Of a stretch of DNA of 64,000 nucleotides, positions 31,157 to 40,185 are shown piece after piece. The DNA is from an uncultured Nitrospinaceae bacterium (GTDB lineage: Bacteria > UBA8248), in the NCBI GenBank assembly GCA_964005815.1, contig CAXFSR010000060.1, positions 8,559 to 72,558 of the forward strand, in the 5' to 3' direction. How positions within the stretch are numbered: position 1 is the stretch's first letter; each line of letters opens with the position of its first letter. The notes below the pieces were generated by a model. That model was not told the DNA's origin, ran no database searches, and worked only from the letters and a program-made list of their open reading frames with translations. Position numbers and translations under genes: made by a program.

Positions 31157-32419
31157 TTGAACCTACAATCATCAAAAAACCAAAAAAAGATATGGTATGG
31201 ATGGATCGTACTTTCAATTGTTTATTTTGTAATGCTCTCCCTCATAGGAACACGTTCAAGCTTTGGTTTTTTCTTTAAACAAATTTCAAACGAATTTTCG
31301 TGGTCACGCGCTGAAACTGCCGCTGCATTTTCAATTGGCATGTTTGCACAATCAGTCTGCTCACTTTTTTCTGGATGGATTTCTGATAGATTAAGCATCC
31401 GTTTAACAATGTCTGCAGGCATTGCTATTTTCGGATTTTCTGTATTATTAGGAAGTCAAATAAATAGTCTTGCTTTTTTTTATCTGACTTACGTTCTTAT
31501 GAATATTGGATTTGCATCCAGTACTTGGGTTGCACAAGTCCCAACTCTTTCTAACTGGTTTGTTACTAAAAGGGGACTTGCTCTAGGAATATCTAGTTCC
31601 GCTCAAGGTACAGCATTTATTTTAAATTTTTTTACTCCAATTCTTATACTTACTCTTGGCTGGAGAATGAGTTACGTTTTTTTTTCTATTTTGATTCTGT
31701 TCATAACACTTCCTCTCGCTGCAATATTTCATCGTGACCATCCCGATCAAAAAAATACAGTTGCCGATCAGCCCTTTTTAGATTCAGAGAATATCCCTAC
31801 AAAAAAAGAAAAATCTTTTCCAAAAAAAATTCTTAATGATCCTGTCAATTTCTTTTCATTTCGTTTTTTCCTTTTTTTAGTTTTATTTCTCCCAATTGCT
31901 TATGTTTTTACTGTTCTTCTAGTTCACTTTCCTGCTCATTTGACAGACCAAGGGATAACGGATCTTTCTTCTGCAGGAATTTTTGCAATCTGGGGGGCAT
32001 CTTTAATTGTCGGATATTTGATCAGTTCAATTTCAGATTATTACGGAAGAACTTCTACATTTTCAACAGGTAGTTTGCTCGGTGTACTTTCAATGTTTTT
32101 AATAGGGAAATACAATATTTCTTTTGAACCATGGGTAATTTATGTGCTCACTATGACAAATGGAATCGCTCTCGGTCTTATACGTTCAACTGCATCAGCA
32201 ATAATGGCAGACCATTTTTCAGGTGAAAAATTTGGCAAAACAAATGGTATCGCAATGTGTCTTTTTGCCATTTTTGGCGGATTTGGTGCATGGTTCACCG
32301 GATTTCTTTACGATTTACACTTGAATTACTACTGGGGATTTTCTATCGCTTCACTAATGTTTATGATATCCGGGGTTTCCGCATTAATTTTATCTACACA
32401 AGAGAAAAAAACTAATTAA
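31157..32419 (+). CDS. MFS transporter (OFA/MCT-like)
   Basis: YGWIV, FSWSRAE, GWISDR, NWFVTKRGLALG; 12 TM. Confidence 0.85.
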   Translation: MNLQSSKNQKKIWYGWIVLSIVYFVMLSLIGTRSSFGFFFKQISNEFSWSRAETAAAFSIGMFAQSVCSLFSGWISDRLSIRLTMSAGIAIFGFSVLLGSQINSLAFFYLTYVLMNIGFASSTWVAQVPTLSNWFVTKRGLALGISSSAQGTAFILNFFTPILILTLGWRMSYVFFSILILFITLPLAAIFHRDHPDQKNTVADQPFLDSENIPTKKEKSFPKKILNDPVNFFSFRFFLFLVLFLPIAYVFTVLLVHFPAHLTDQGITDLSSAGIFAIWGASLIVGYLISSISDYYGRTSTFSTGSLLGVLSMFLIGKYNISFEPWVIYVLTMTNGIALGLIRSTASAIMADHFSGEKFGKTNGIAMCLFAIFGGFGAWFTGFLYDLHLNYYWGFSIASLMFMISGVSALILSTQEKKTN

Positions 32420-33168
32420 TCGAACGCTACCTTTTCATACTCTTCCGGTGTCAATGCATCTGCAACCCCAATCATAGAATCACGAGTAACGAGCCTAGCC
32501 AATGCCTCTTCTCCCAATTCTTCTGTTCCGGCAGGGCGACGAGGTATTACAAGATATCGACAATCAGCATTACTATCTATGACAATCAATTCAATATCTT
32601 CTGGAGGAGTGTAACCCAAATCAAGCAAGGCACCTCTAGGATCCGTAACTGCTTTTGACCGGTATGGGAAACTTTTATACCAGGTAGGAGGTTGTCCAAG
32701 AAGTACTCTTGGATAACAAGAACACAAAGTACAAACAACCATGTAATGCACACTGTCAGTATTTTCAAGAACTATCAATTTATTAACACTGCTTGCTTCT
32801 ATATCTATTTCCATTTCTCCACATGCAGAATGTGCATCAGAAAGAAGACGTTCTTTAAATTCATCGTCAACCCAGGCTCGAGCAACTACCCTAGCACCAG
32901 TAGTTGGAGTTTGAGCATATATTTCCTCCACCGTACGTCGCATTTCATCAGTAGTTACTATTCCCTTCTCTCTCAAAAGATTCAATATTCCAACAACACG
33001 CACCTGAAAATAATCTAGATCATGTTCTACAGGAACAACCTTATCTTCCATGTAAGCTTCATCGGACTTCATTCGAGCATTATGCGATGACAAATCATGA
33101 CTATATGGACTTTCATTGTCATGAGGGTGATTATGGTGATGGCCACTTCCATGGTGGTTATCTGACAT
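32416..33168 (-). CDS. Cobalt-type nitrile hydratase alpha / thiocyanate hydrolase gamma-like subunit
   Basis: VCTLCSCY cobalt motif, GARVVARAW, LVTRDSMIG, His-rich N-terminus. Confidence 0.9.
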   Translation of the reverse strand: MSDNHHGSGHHHNHPHDNESPYSHDLSSHNARMKSDEAYMEDKVVPVEHDLDYFQVRVVGILNLLREKGIVTTDEMRRTVEEIYAQTPTTGARVVARAWVDDEFKERLLSDAHSACGEMEIDIEASSVNKLIVLENTDSVHYMVVCTLCSCYPRVLLGQPPTWYKSFPYRSKAVTDPRGALLDLGYTPPEDIELIVIDSNADCRYLVIPRRPAGTEELGEEALARLVTRDSMIGVADALTPEEYEKVAFD

Positions 33169-33188
33169 TTATTTTCTCCTTAAAGAAA

Positions 33189-33470
33189 CTACAATGCTTC
33201 AATCCAATGATCGTAAATTTCAATGTTCAACTTATCTTTCTTCTCTCCTGGGTTATGTTCCCAAAGATCATTTAAATTAAACTGAACCCAATATAAGTCC
33301 TGAAACGGCTTTCCGTCTCCACCATAAGCAAGGATTTCGGGGTTCTCGTAACTTCCGAAATAACGAATAATCTTCCCAGATTTACCTTTCACATATTCAG
33401 TTGTTCTGTGATGACCTTCGAAATAAGTGTTCTTTATTCGAACCTCTTCACCAATCTCAAATTTTGACAC
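33189..33470 (-). CDS. Stand-alone SH3-like C-terminal domain of nitrile hydratase beta (ScnA-like)
   Basis: FEIGEEVRI, GHHRT.EYVKGKSG, PE..AYG, LYWVQF...DLW, IEIYDHWIE; only 93 aa. Confidence 0.85.
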   Translation of the reverse strand: MSKFEIGEEVRIKNTYFEGHHRTTEYVKGKSGKIIRYFGSYENPEILAYGGDGKPFQDLYWVQFNLNDLWEHNPGEKKDKLNIEIYDHWIEAL

Positions 33471-33544
33471 TTTTACCCCACAAATTTAATTAAAAAAGAA
33501 ATTTAAAATCAGTACAAAAAGAGTACCGAAAGACAAATCTATTT

Positions 33545-34567
33545 TCAAGTAATTTGAAATAGCTTTCGTACATTCTCAACCAAAATCTCATTCTGCTGTT
33601 TCTCTTCCAACTTGCTCATTCCAGGAATTTCGCGACAATTTTCATGGTTAGCCATGTCAGCTGGATAATCGGTACCATACACGACTCTTTCGGAACCCAA
33701 AGTTTTTACGGCAAATTCAAAGGAATCAGCATTATGAATTATCGTATCGTAAAAAAATCTATTAATATATTCTTCTGGGTTCTTAGAACCATGTACTTTT
33801 GGCTCTCTTCTTTCCCCATAACCATGTTCCCAACGTCCACGAATCCAGGGAAGAAAACCACCTAGATGAGAAAGCAAGAAATTAAGATTTGGGAAACGAT
33901 CCAAAACCCCTCCAAAAATCAAACATGCAGCAGCTATAGTTGTATCAAGAGGATTTCCAATGAAATTGCGTAAATAAAAATCCTTGAGTCTATCTGCAGC
34001 ACCCATTGTATCAATTGGATGGATAAAAATAGTAATACCTAAATCTTGCGCTTTTTGCCAAAAAACATCGAGATCAGGATCGTCCAAATTTTTTCCTGCA
34101 ACATTCGAGGCAATCTGTACACCAAGATGCCCGTTGTTTATTGCACGTTCTAATTCTTCTGCTGCTAATTCAGGATCTTGTAGAGGAACTGTCGCCATAC
34201 AGGAAAAATTAGAAGGGTTATCGTTTGAAATTCTAATTAGTGCGTCGTTCATAGATTGAGCAAGATCATGTGTAATCGACTTATCAAGAGAATAAAAAGT
34301 AAGTGACGGAGAAACAGATAGAATTTGTCTACTAACTCCCATACGCTTCATATCTTCTAAACGCAAATCAACTTCATAATACATAGGAGTCAGAATATTT
34401 CTTAATTCCCTACTTTTCCCAAGAACATTACTCTTCGTAACTATCCATTCCTTACCATCCGCATTTTGAACGGTTACAGTATCTCCAAAAGCCTTGTTTC
34501 TAACGTCTTCTAAAAAACCTAAAGGAACAATATGCGTATGAGGATCAATAACCATCTTAAACTCCAA
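33545..34567 (-). CDS. Amidohydrolase-2 family (ACMSD-like decarboxylase/hydratase), paralogue B
   Basis: IDPHTH, FIHP, SHLGG.LP, YGTDYP. Confidence 0.88.
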   Translation of the reverse strand: MEFKMVIDPHTHIVPLGFLEDVRNKAFGDTVTVQNADGKEWIVTKSNVLGKSRELRNILTPMYYEVDLRLEDMKRMGVSRQILSVSPSLTFYSLDKSITHDLAQSMNDALIRISNDNPSNFSCMATVPLQDPELAAEELERAINNGHLGVQIASNVAGKNLDDPDLDVFWQKAQDLGITIFIHPIDTMGAADRLKDFYLRNFIGNPLDTTIAAACLIFGGVLDRFPNLNFLLSHLGGFLPWIRGRWEHGYGERREPKVHGSKNPEEYINRFFYDTIIHNADSFEFAVKTLGSERVVYGTDYPADMANHENCREIPGMSKLEEKQQNEILVENVRKLFQIT

Positions 34568-34581
34568 AGTCTAAAAAGAAA

Positions 34582-35589
34582 TTATATTTTATAAAGTTCC
34601 TTTACATTTCCACACAAGATTTTATCCTGATCTTCATCTGACAATCTTGAAAGGCCAGGAATGTCCTTTGCAGCACCTAAATATCCCATATCAAACGGGT
34701 AATCAGTCCCATATAAAATACGTTCTGACCCTAAAGTGTTTACGGCAAATTCAAAAGAATCGGCATTATGAATTATTGTGTCATAATAAAAATTGTTAAT
34801 ATATTGCTCAGGATTTTTTGCACCATGAACCTTCGGCTCACGTCTTTCTCCATACCCGTGTTCCCAACGACCACGAATCCAAGGAGTAAAACCACCTGTA
34901 TGGGAAACTAAAAATTTAATTTTTGGGAACCTGTCAAAAACACCACCAAAAATTAAACACGCCATGGAAATTGTAGTATCTAAAGGATTACCAATAAAAT
35001 TGCGAAGATAGTAATCTTTAAGACGATCATTTACACCCATAACATCTGAAGGATGAATAAAAACAGGGACGTCTAATTCGCAAGCCTTTGCCCACACAAC
35101 ATCAAGACTAGGATCGTCAAGGTTTGTTCCTGCAACGTTTGATGCTATCTGGCAACCTTTATGTCCATTCTTTACGGCACGATCTAATTCAGTAGCCGCC
35201 GCATCTGGATCTTGCAGCGGAATCTGAGCCATGCAATGAAACTGTTCTGGATATGTCTTGGTCAATTCAGTTAAGGCATCATTTAAGGATGAAGAAATTT
35301 CTTTATTCAACCCAGCATCTAAAGCGTAAAATGTCATGGGAGGAACCACCGATAAAACCTGCATATCGACTCCCATATTCTTCATATCAGAGAGTCTAAG
35401 ATCAACGTCATAAGTTGTTTTTGGTAGAGGATTTTTATGAACTCTTTCCTGTCCCAAAACCGTATTCTTGGTTGTTAGAAATTCCCAGTCTTCTCCTGGT
35501 TCAATAATTACAGAATCACCAAAACTACCTTTTCTTACATCTTCGATAAAACTAGGCGGTGCTATATGGGCATGAGGGTCAATTATCAC
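34582..35589 (-). CDS. Amidohydrolase-2 family (ACMSD-like decarboxylase/hydratase), paralogue A
   Basis: IDPHAH, FIHP, SHTGG.TP, YGTDYPFDM. Confidence 0.88.
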   Translation of the reverse strand: MIIDPHAHIAPPSFIEDVRKGSFGDSVIIEPGEDWEFLTTKNTVLGQERVHKNPLPKTTYDVDLRLSDMKNMGVDMQVLSVVPPMTFYALDAGLNKEISSSLNDALTELTKTYPEQFHCMAQIPLQDPDAAATELDRAVKNGHKGCQIASNVAGTNLDDPSLDVVWAKACELDVPVFIHPSDVMGVNDRLKDYYLRNFIGNPLDTTISMACLIFGGVFDRFPKIKFLVSHTGGFTPWIRGRWEHGYGERREPKVHGAKNPEQYINNFYYDTIIHNADSFEFAVNTLGSERILYGTDYPFDMGYLGAAKDIPGLSRLSDEDQDKILCGNVKELYKI

Positions 35590-35716
35590 TGATTTCTCCT
35601 TATTGGAAAGATTTTATAATTAAACATATAAGATTATAAATTTTCTTTTTAAAAGTATTTAAACAAAAAACGGGTCATTTTCAAGTTATAGAAAAAAATT
35701 ACTTTAAATGATCAAT

Positions 35717-36541
35717 CTAATATTTTTTATTTATATTGATACGTACTTCAGAGGAACCAACGGAAATTTCCTCTTTGGAGATACCTTCCATGTCTCCTTT
35801 TCTAACTGGACCAGCAATACCATCAGAATCAAGACGTGCTATGATTCGATACCTCCCATCAAATTTCACGCCTCTAATCATGACATTTTTTTCAGACAAT
35901 TCAAATTTCAAAGGAAATGAAGGTGACAATATCCTTACAACTGCGACTGGAGCTGGTCTATTTTGATTTTTAGCTATGATATATAAGACAGATTTTTTAT
36001 TTTTAAAAGAAACCAAAGAATCATCAATTGTAATGACCCCAGATATTTTTCTAACAAAAGAATTCCTTTTTGTTTTTTTGAGTAAAGAAGGCTGAATTTT
36101 TGAAATTTTTTTACTTTTTCCTTCTCTTGCGATAACAACGTTGACATCCTTTGTCCCTATTTGGACTATATTACGTGAAACGCCCTCAAAATCACCTTTA
36201 GAGAGAGGGCCGACAATTCCGTCAGCATCTAGTCTTGCCCTAACTAAAACACGACCGCTAAAAGAAACTCCCGGCATCATAGAATCGTTCTTTGTTATAA
36301 TAAAATGGTAAGGAAACTTAACATTAATTAATTTTTGTACCCCTAAAGGAGGTCCACCTCTCTCCGACTGTAAATATAAAAAAAGTGTTCTTACATTTTG
36401 GACTCTTTTTTTAAGTTGAGGGGTTATACGAACAACTCCAGAAACTGATTCTTTTGGCACAGAAAAAATCGGATAAAAATCACATCCATAAATTAAAAAA
36501 CTAAACCCAAATAAGAAATAAAAGAAAATTCTCGAACACAT
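35717..36541 (-). CDS. Putative lipoprotein with two tandem CcmI/CycH C-terminal-like Ig domains
   Basis: Lipobox LIYGC; repeated unit SGV..I...L(F/Y)....PP.AV....FP..F...N.M..GV.F.GR....ARLD.DGI.GP..KGD.EG.S. Confidence 0.6.
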   Translation of the reverse strand: MCSRIFFYFLFGFSFLIYGCDFYPIFSVPKESVSGVVRITPQLKKRVQNVRTLFLYLQSERGGPPLGVQKLINVKFPYHFIITKNDSMMPGVSFSGRVLVRARLDADGIVGPLSKGDFEGVSRNIVQIGTKDVNVVIAREGKSKKISKIQPSLLKKTKRNSFVRKISGVITIDDSLVSFKNKKSVLYIIAKNQNRPAPVAVVRILSPSFPLKFELSEKNVMIRGVKFDGRYRIIARLDSDGIAGPVRKGDMEGISKEEISVGSSEVRININKKY

Positions 36542-36546
36542 TTTGA

Positions 36547-37476
36547 TTATTTTCCCTTTTTGTTGATACGCAAGAAATCAGAAACTTCCTCTGAAGAAGG
36601 AAGAGCAGAACGTCCTCCAAGTTTTGTGCAATTTATCGCAGCAACAGCATTTCCATATCGAAGAGATTCTTCAATGGAAAAATTCTTTAGTTGACCATAC
36701 AGGAACCCTGCATGGAATGCATCTCCTGCACCAGTTGTATCTACAACATCTACCGGAAAAGATTCAACTTCATAAAAAGTACTGCCATCATAGGCTAGAA
36801 CCCCTCTATATCCAAGAGTCATTCCAACCAATTTTGGTCCAAAGGAAAAGATCCTTTTCAAAGACTCTAACGGATTTTTTTTGCCGGTAAATTGTTCAGG
36901 AAAATGTTCTGATGATATGAAAAAATCAGTTTTTTCTATCAATTTTTCTACGCCGGGAAAAACACGTTCTGCATCAAAAGAAATTAATGTTCCTTCACTT
37001 TTAGCAATCTCACATGCAAGAATTTCTGCGTCTAGATTATGCCCATCGATATGTAGAAACTTTGAGGAACCAATAAGTTTAGGGTCTATATTTTCCGGAG
37101 CTATAAAAGTATCTCTTTTCCATATAATTGTTCTACCTCCACGCAATTCTTCTTTTCCCTCTCTTTGGACCAACACAATTGCAAACTGACTAGACAATCC
37201 AATCTGTGTAGTTACATTTTCAACATTTACCCCTTCATTACGGAGACTTTCAATAGAAAATTTTCCAAGCTCATCATCTCCGATTGAACCTATATAAGAA
37301 ACATTTTGTCCCAATCTTGAAAGTGCAACCATTGCAGTTGCAACTTGACCACCACCTTGATAGGTAATATTTCTAGCCTCAGATTTTGAATTAAAAACAG
37401 GGAACGTTCCTAACTCACATAACAAATCAACTGAATTAAGACCAAGACCGACAACATCAAAAATATAATTTTTCAT
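36547..37476 (-). CDS. PfkB family carbohydrate kinase
   Basis: GGGQVAT, IGDDELG, DTTGAGDAF. Confidence 0.9.
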   Translation of the reverse strand: MKNYIFDVVGLGLNSVDLLCELGTFPVFNSKSEARNITYQGGGQVATAMVALSRLGQNVSYIGSIGDDELGKFSIESLRNEGVNVENVTTQIGLSSQFAIVLVQREGKEELRGGRTIIWKRDTFIAPENIDPKLIGSSKFLHIDGHNLDAEILACEIAKSEGTLISFDAERVFPGVEKLIEKTDFFISSEHFPEQFTGKKNPLESLKRIFSFGPKLVGMTLGYRGVLAYDGSTFYEVESFPVDVVDTTGAGDAFHAGFLYGQLKNFSIEESLRYGNAVAAINCTKLGGRSALPSSEEVSDFLRINKKGK

Positions 37477-37479
37477 TTT

Positions 37480-38223
37480 TTAATTAAATTCTCTATAGCG
37501 AATTCCAAATGGATCAACTTCATGAAGAGCAGCTATCTCTTCACTAGAAGGTTCAACTGTTTCAGAGCAATTCTTGATACTTCCAATATCAAAACCAGTA
37601 GATTCAATTAAACGTTTTTCGTCAGTTCCATAATGTTTGCTATGCAAAGAAAGATTCCCTTCTGTTTTTTTAAAAATACAAAGTGGTGTAACTATTTTAT
37701 CGACATTTCCTGATGCTGTTATAAAAGAACAATCCTTAGGAAATGTTTTTTTTGTATGAACGGTTCTCCATAAGACAATTCGATTTGCCGTAGGAAGCAG
37801 CATTGCACTTCCCGCACCACCAGGAAATTTTATCTTAGGTTTATCAGATTCACCTATAAAGGAAAGATTTACATTCCCAAATGAATCTATTTGAGCACCA
37901 CTCAAAAAAGCCAAATCTAATTTCCCTCTAGCAGAAAGATCAAAAATTTCAGAAAGAGAGAAAAATGATCTGTTACCTTCCATTAATTCTATCCCAACTG
38001 TCGTTAATGGCATTTTTGAAGGAATCGCATCGACTCCACCAGGAATATTAAGATATGTAATATTTGGTGCTTTAGTTAACCTTGCCAAAAAAATTGCTAC
38101 CATAGGTAAAATGGAAGAAACCCCATGAAAAACTGTCTGATAGTCTCTAATCTCTCTTGCAAGGAAAACAACCATCCTATCTGCAATTTCTTTTGTTTCT
38201 ATAGAAACTTGAGAATTGTTCAT
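37480..38223 (-). CDS. Family I CoA-transferase beta-like subunit (GctB-like)
   Basis: LDLAFLSGAQIDSFGNVN, FPGGAGS, IVTPL, ESTGF, EVDPFG. Confidence 0.8.
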   Translation of the reverse strand: MNNSQVSIETKEIADRMVVFLAREIRDYQTVFHGVSSILPMVAIFLARLTKAPNITYLNIPGGVDAIPSKMPLTTVGIELMEGNRSFFSLSEIFDLSARGKLDLAFLSGAQIDSFGNVNLSFIGESDKPKIKFPGGAGSAMLLPTANRIVLWRTVHTKKTFPKDCSFITASGNVDKIVTPLCIFKKTEGNLSLHSKHYGTDEKRLIESTGFDIGSIKNCSETVEPSSEEIAALHEVDPFGIRYREFN

Positions 38224-38243
38224 CTAAAACCTATTTATTTTTC

Positions 38244-39056
38244 CTATGCGTAATCTATATTTTCTAAAGAAACAAGATGATCTTTTACAGCATTATTGGA
38301 TTTTGATTGCAAAAAATATTTTTTTATAACTTCCTCATCATAATCATAGAAAGGGTAGCAAGACATAGGGAATGCACCCTTTTCTATTTGAACCACAGCC
38401 CTAATCAGAAAAGACGGAATTTTAGTCTTCATAGGATTTTCCTGAAAAAAAGACGTTTCTTTAATTTTCTCGGTCGTTAAAATTACTTGTGTTGAGGCTC
38501 TTGTCATTAAAATATCTTCAAATACTCCACCGTCTATTCTAGCATTACCAAATTTGTCCGCATAAGGAACATGAATGATTGCCCAATCAGGTGTAATAGA
38601 AGGAATCATGAAAATTTCTTCCCCAGTATACGGATCAGATGTTTTATCAAAACCAGTCAATTTTGGAACATCACTTCCCTGCAAACCAGCTATAGGCTGA
38701 CTAGGAATACCGTAAGAAGATGCACGCAATCCTGCAATAACAGTTGCACATGCATGTTCTTTAACTTTCACTATTCCAGACTCGACAGATCTCCGAAAAG
38801 ATGGACATAAACCTAAAACATTCTCAAATCCAACATATCCGACAGTCACTTCAGAAACGACTTCTGCAAAACATAGAAGATCGATATCATAACCACCTGC
38901 AGTTTTTACCAATGATAGATTTCGTTTTTTTTGACGTGCAAGTTCACGAACAAACGAAGAGGGAATTCTAGAAAATGAGTTCCCGCCTAAGGCCAACATC
39001 TGTCCGTTCTCCACTAGCGAAACGGCATCAGACAAAGATGTAAGTTTAGAGTCCAT
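38244..39056 (-). CDS. Family I CoA-transferase alpha-like subunit (GctA-like)
   Basis: KLTSLSDAV, GLRA, DPYTGE, PDWAIIH..ADKFGNA, YDYD. Confidence 0.85.
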   Translation of the reverse strand: MDSKLTSLSDAVSLVENGQMLALGGNSFSRIPSSFVRELARQKKRNLSLVKTAGGYDIDLLCFAEVVSEVTVGYVGFENVLGLCPSFRRSVESGIVKVKEHACATVIAGLRASSYGIPSQPIAGLQGSDVPKLTGFDKTSDPYTGEEIFMIPSITPDWAIIHVPYADKFGNARIDGGVFEDILMTRASTQVILTTEKIKETSFFQENPMKTKIPSFLIRAVVQIEKGAFPMSCYPFYDYDEEVIKKYFLQSKSNNAVKDHLVSLENIDYA

Positions 39057-39147
39057 ACAAAACCTTCAGCAATGCGACAAATATAATTAAACCACAATTA
39101 CACATTTAAGCACGATTCCAATTTAAATTCTAACAAATAGAATCTTA

Positions 39148-39176
39148 TTGACAATTATAGGTGAATTGCCTACGCT
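39148..39176 (+). promoter_or_regulatory. sigma70-type promoter for scpAB
   Basis: TTGACA-17 bp-TACGCT. Confidence 0.6.
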
Positions 39177-39243
39177 AGTTGTTGTTAAAGCCAAGTATTT
39201 TATTACTTAATCCGCCTTCCCCCCAAACCTTGGGGAAGTAAAC

Positions 39244-40185
39244 TTGAAAGAGATTCTTCATAACAATTCGACTTCATCTCCAGGAATGAAAAAGCCTATC
39301 CAAAAAGAAAAAAAAGATGGGAATTTTGAAGACGTTCATTCTGACGATTGGATTGAAAGTTTGCATCAAGAACAATTACCTTCCCTACAACTTTCTTCCA
39401 AAAATATTGATCAACCCGAATTTCTTACTACAAAAGAAGAAAATAAATTTAGAGTAAAATTGCAAGTTTTCGAAGGTCCACTAGAACTACTTCTTAACTT
39501 AGTAAAAGAACATGAATTGAATATAAACGATATTCCTATCGCATTTATAACAGACCAATACATGGAATATGTAAATTTGATGAAAAATTTAAACATCAAT
39601 CTTGCATCAGAATATCTAGTTATGGCTTCTTGGCTTATTTACATAAAAAGTAGGACCTTACTACCAAAAACTGATGGTGAGGAACTTCCTGAAGAAGACC
39701 CAGAAATGCTTCGCGAAGAGTTACAAAAACAATTAATAGAATATCAAAAATTCAAGAATTTAAGTGGTTACTTTAAAATTGCCGAGGAAGAACAATCCCT
39801 CCATTTTGAAAGGGGTGGTGATCAAGAAATAGAATCTATTGTTAGGAAAATTGATCCTGAAGAGGACGGGAAAATCATCCTGACAACATTTGAACTCATG
39901 AACGCAATGAAGAATATGCTTGCTTTAGAAGATGGAGAAAATGTACATTTAGTCGAGATAGACGAATTAGAAGTAGCCGACAGGCAAAACTATATATTAG
40001 ATTTCATCAAAAATTTAGACTCTGAAGGCATAGTTTTCGAAAAAATTCTAGAAAACAAGAGAACTTTAACAATCGTTGCTACGTTCCTAGCTCTACTTGA
40101 ACTCATAAAAAGAAATTTGATCATTGTTTTTCAAAATCAAAGTTTTTCAGAAATCAGGATTAAAAAGGCGGTGCTTAATGAATAA
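39244..40185 (+). CDS. scpA: Segregation and condensation protein A
   Basis: FEGPLELLL.L, ASEYLVMA..L.IKSR.LLP, TFLALLEL; start uncertain (TTG 39244 or ATG 39286). Confidence 0.92.
   Translation: MKEILHNNSTSSPGMKKPIQKEKKDGNFEDVHSDDWIESLHQEQLPSLQLSSKNIDQPEFLTTKEENKFRVKLQVFEGPLELLLNLVKEHELNINDIPIAFITDQYMEYVNLMKNLNINLASEYLVMASWLIYIKSRTLLPKTDGEELPEEDPEMLREELQKQLIEYQKFKNLSGYFKIAEEEQSLHFERGGDQEIESIVRKIDPEEDGKIILTTFELMNAMKNMLALEDGENVHLVEIDELEVADRQNYILDFIKNLDSEGIVFEKILENKRTLTIVATFLALLELIKRNLIIVFQNQSFSEIRIKKAVLNE

Noticed and set aside
33545..35589. Assembly duplication of the amidohydrolase gene
   Set aside because: The copies differ at many synonymous sites and throughout the N-terminal halves, so they are true paralogues
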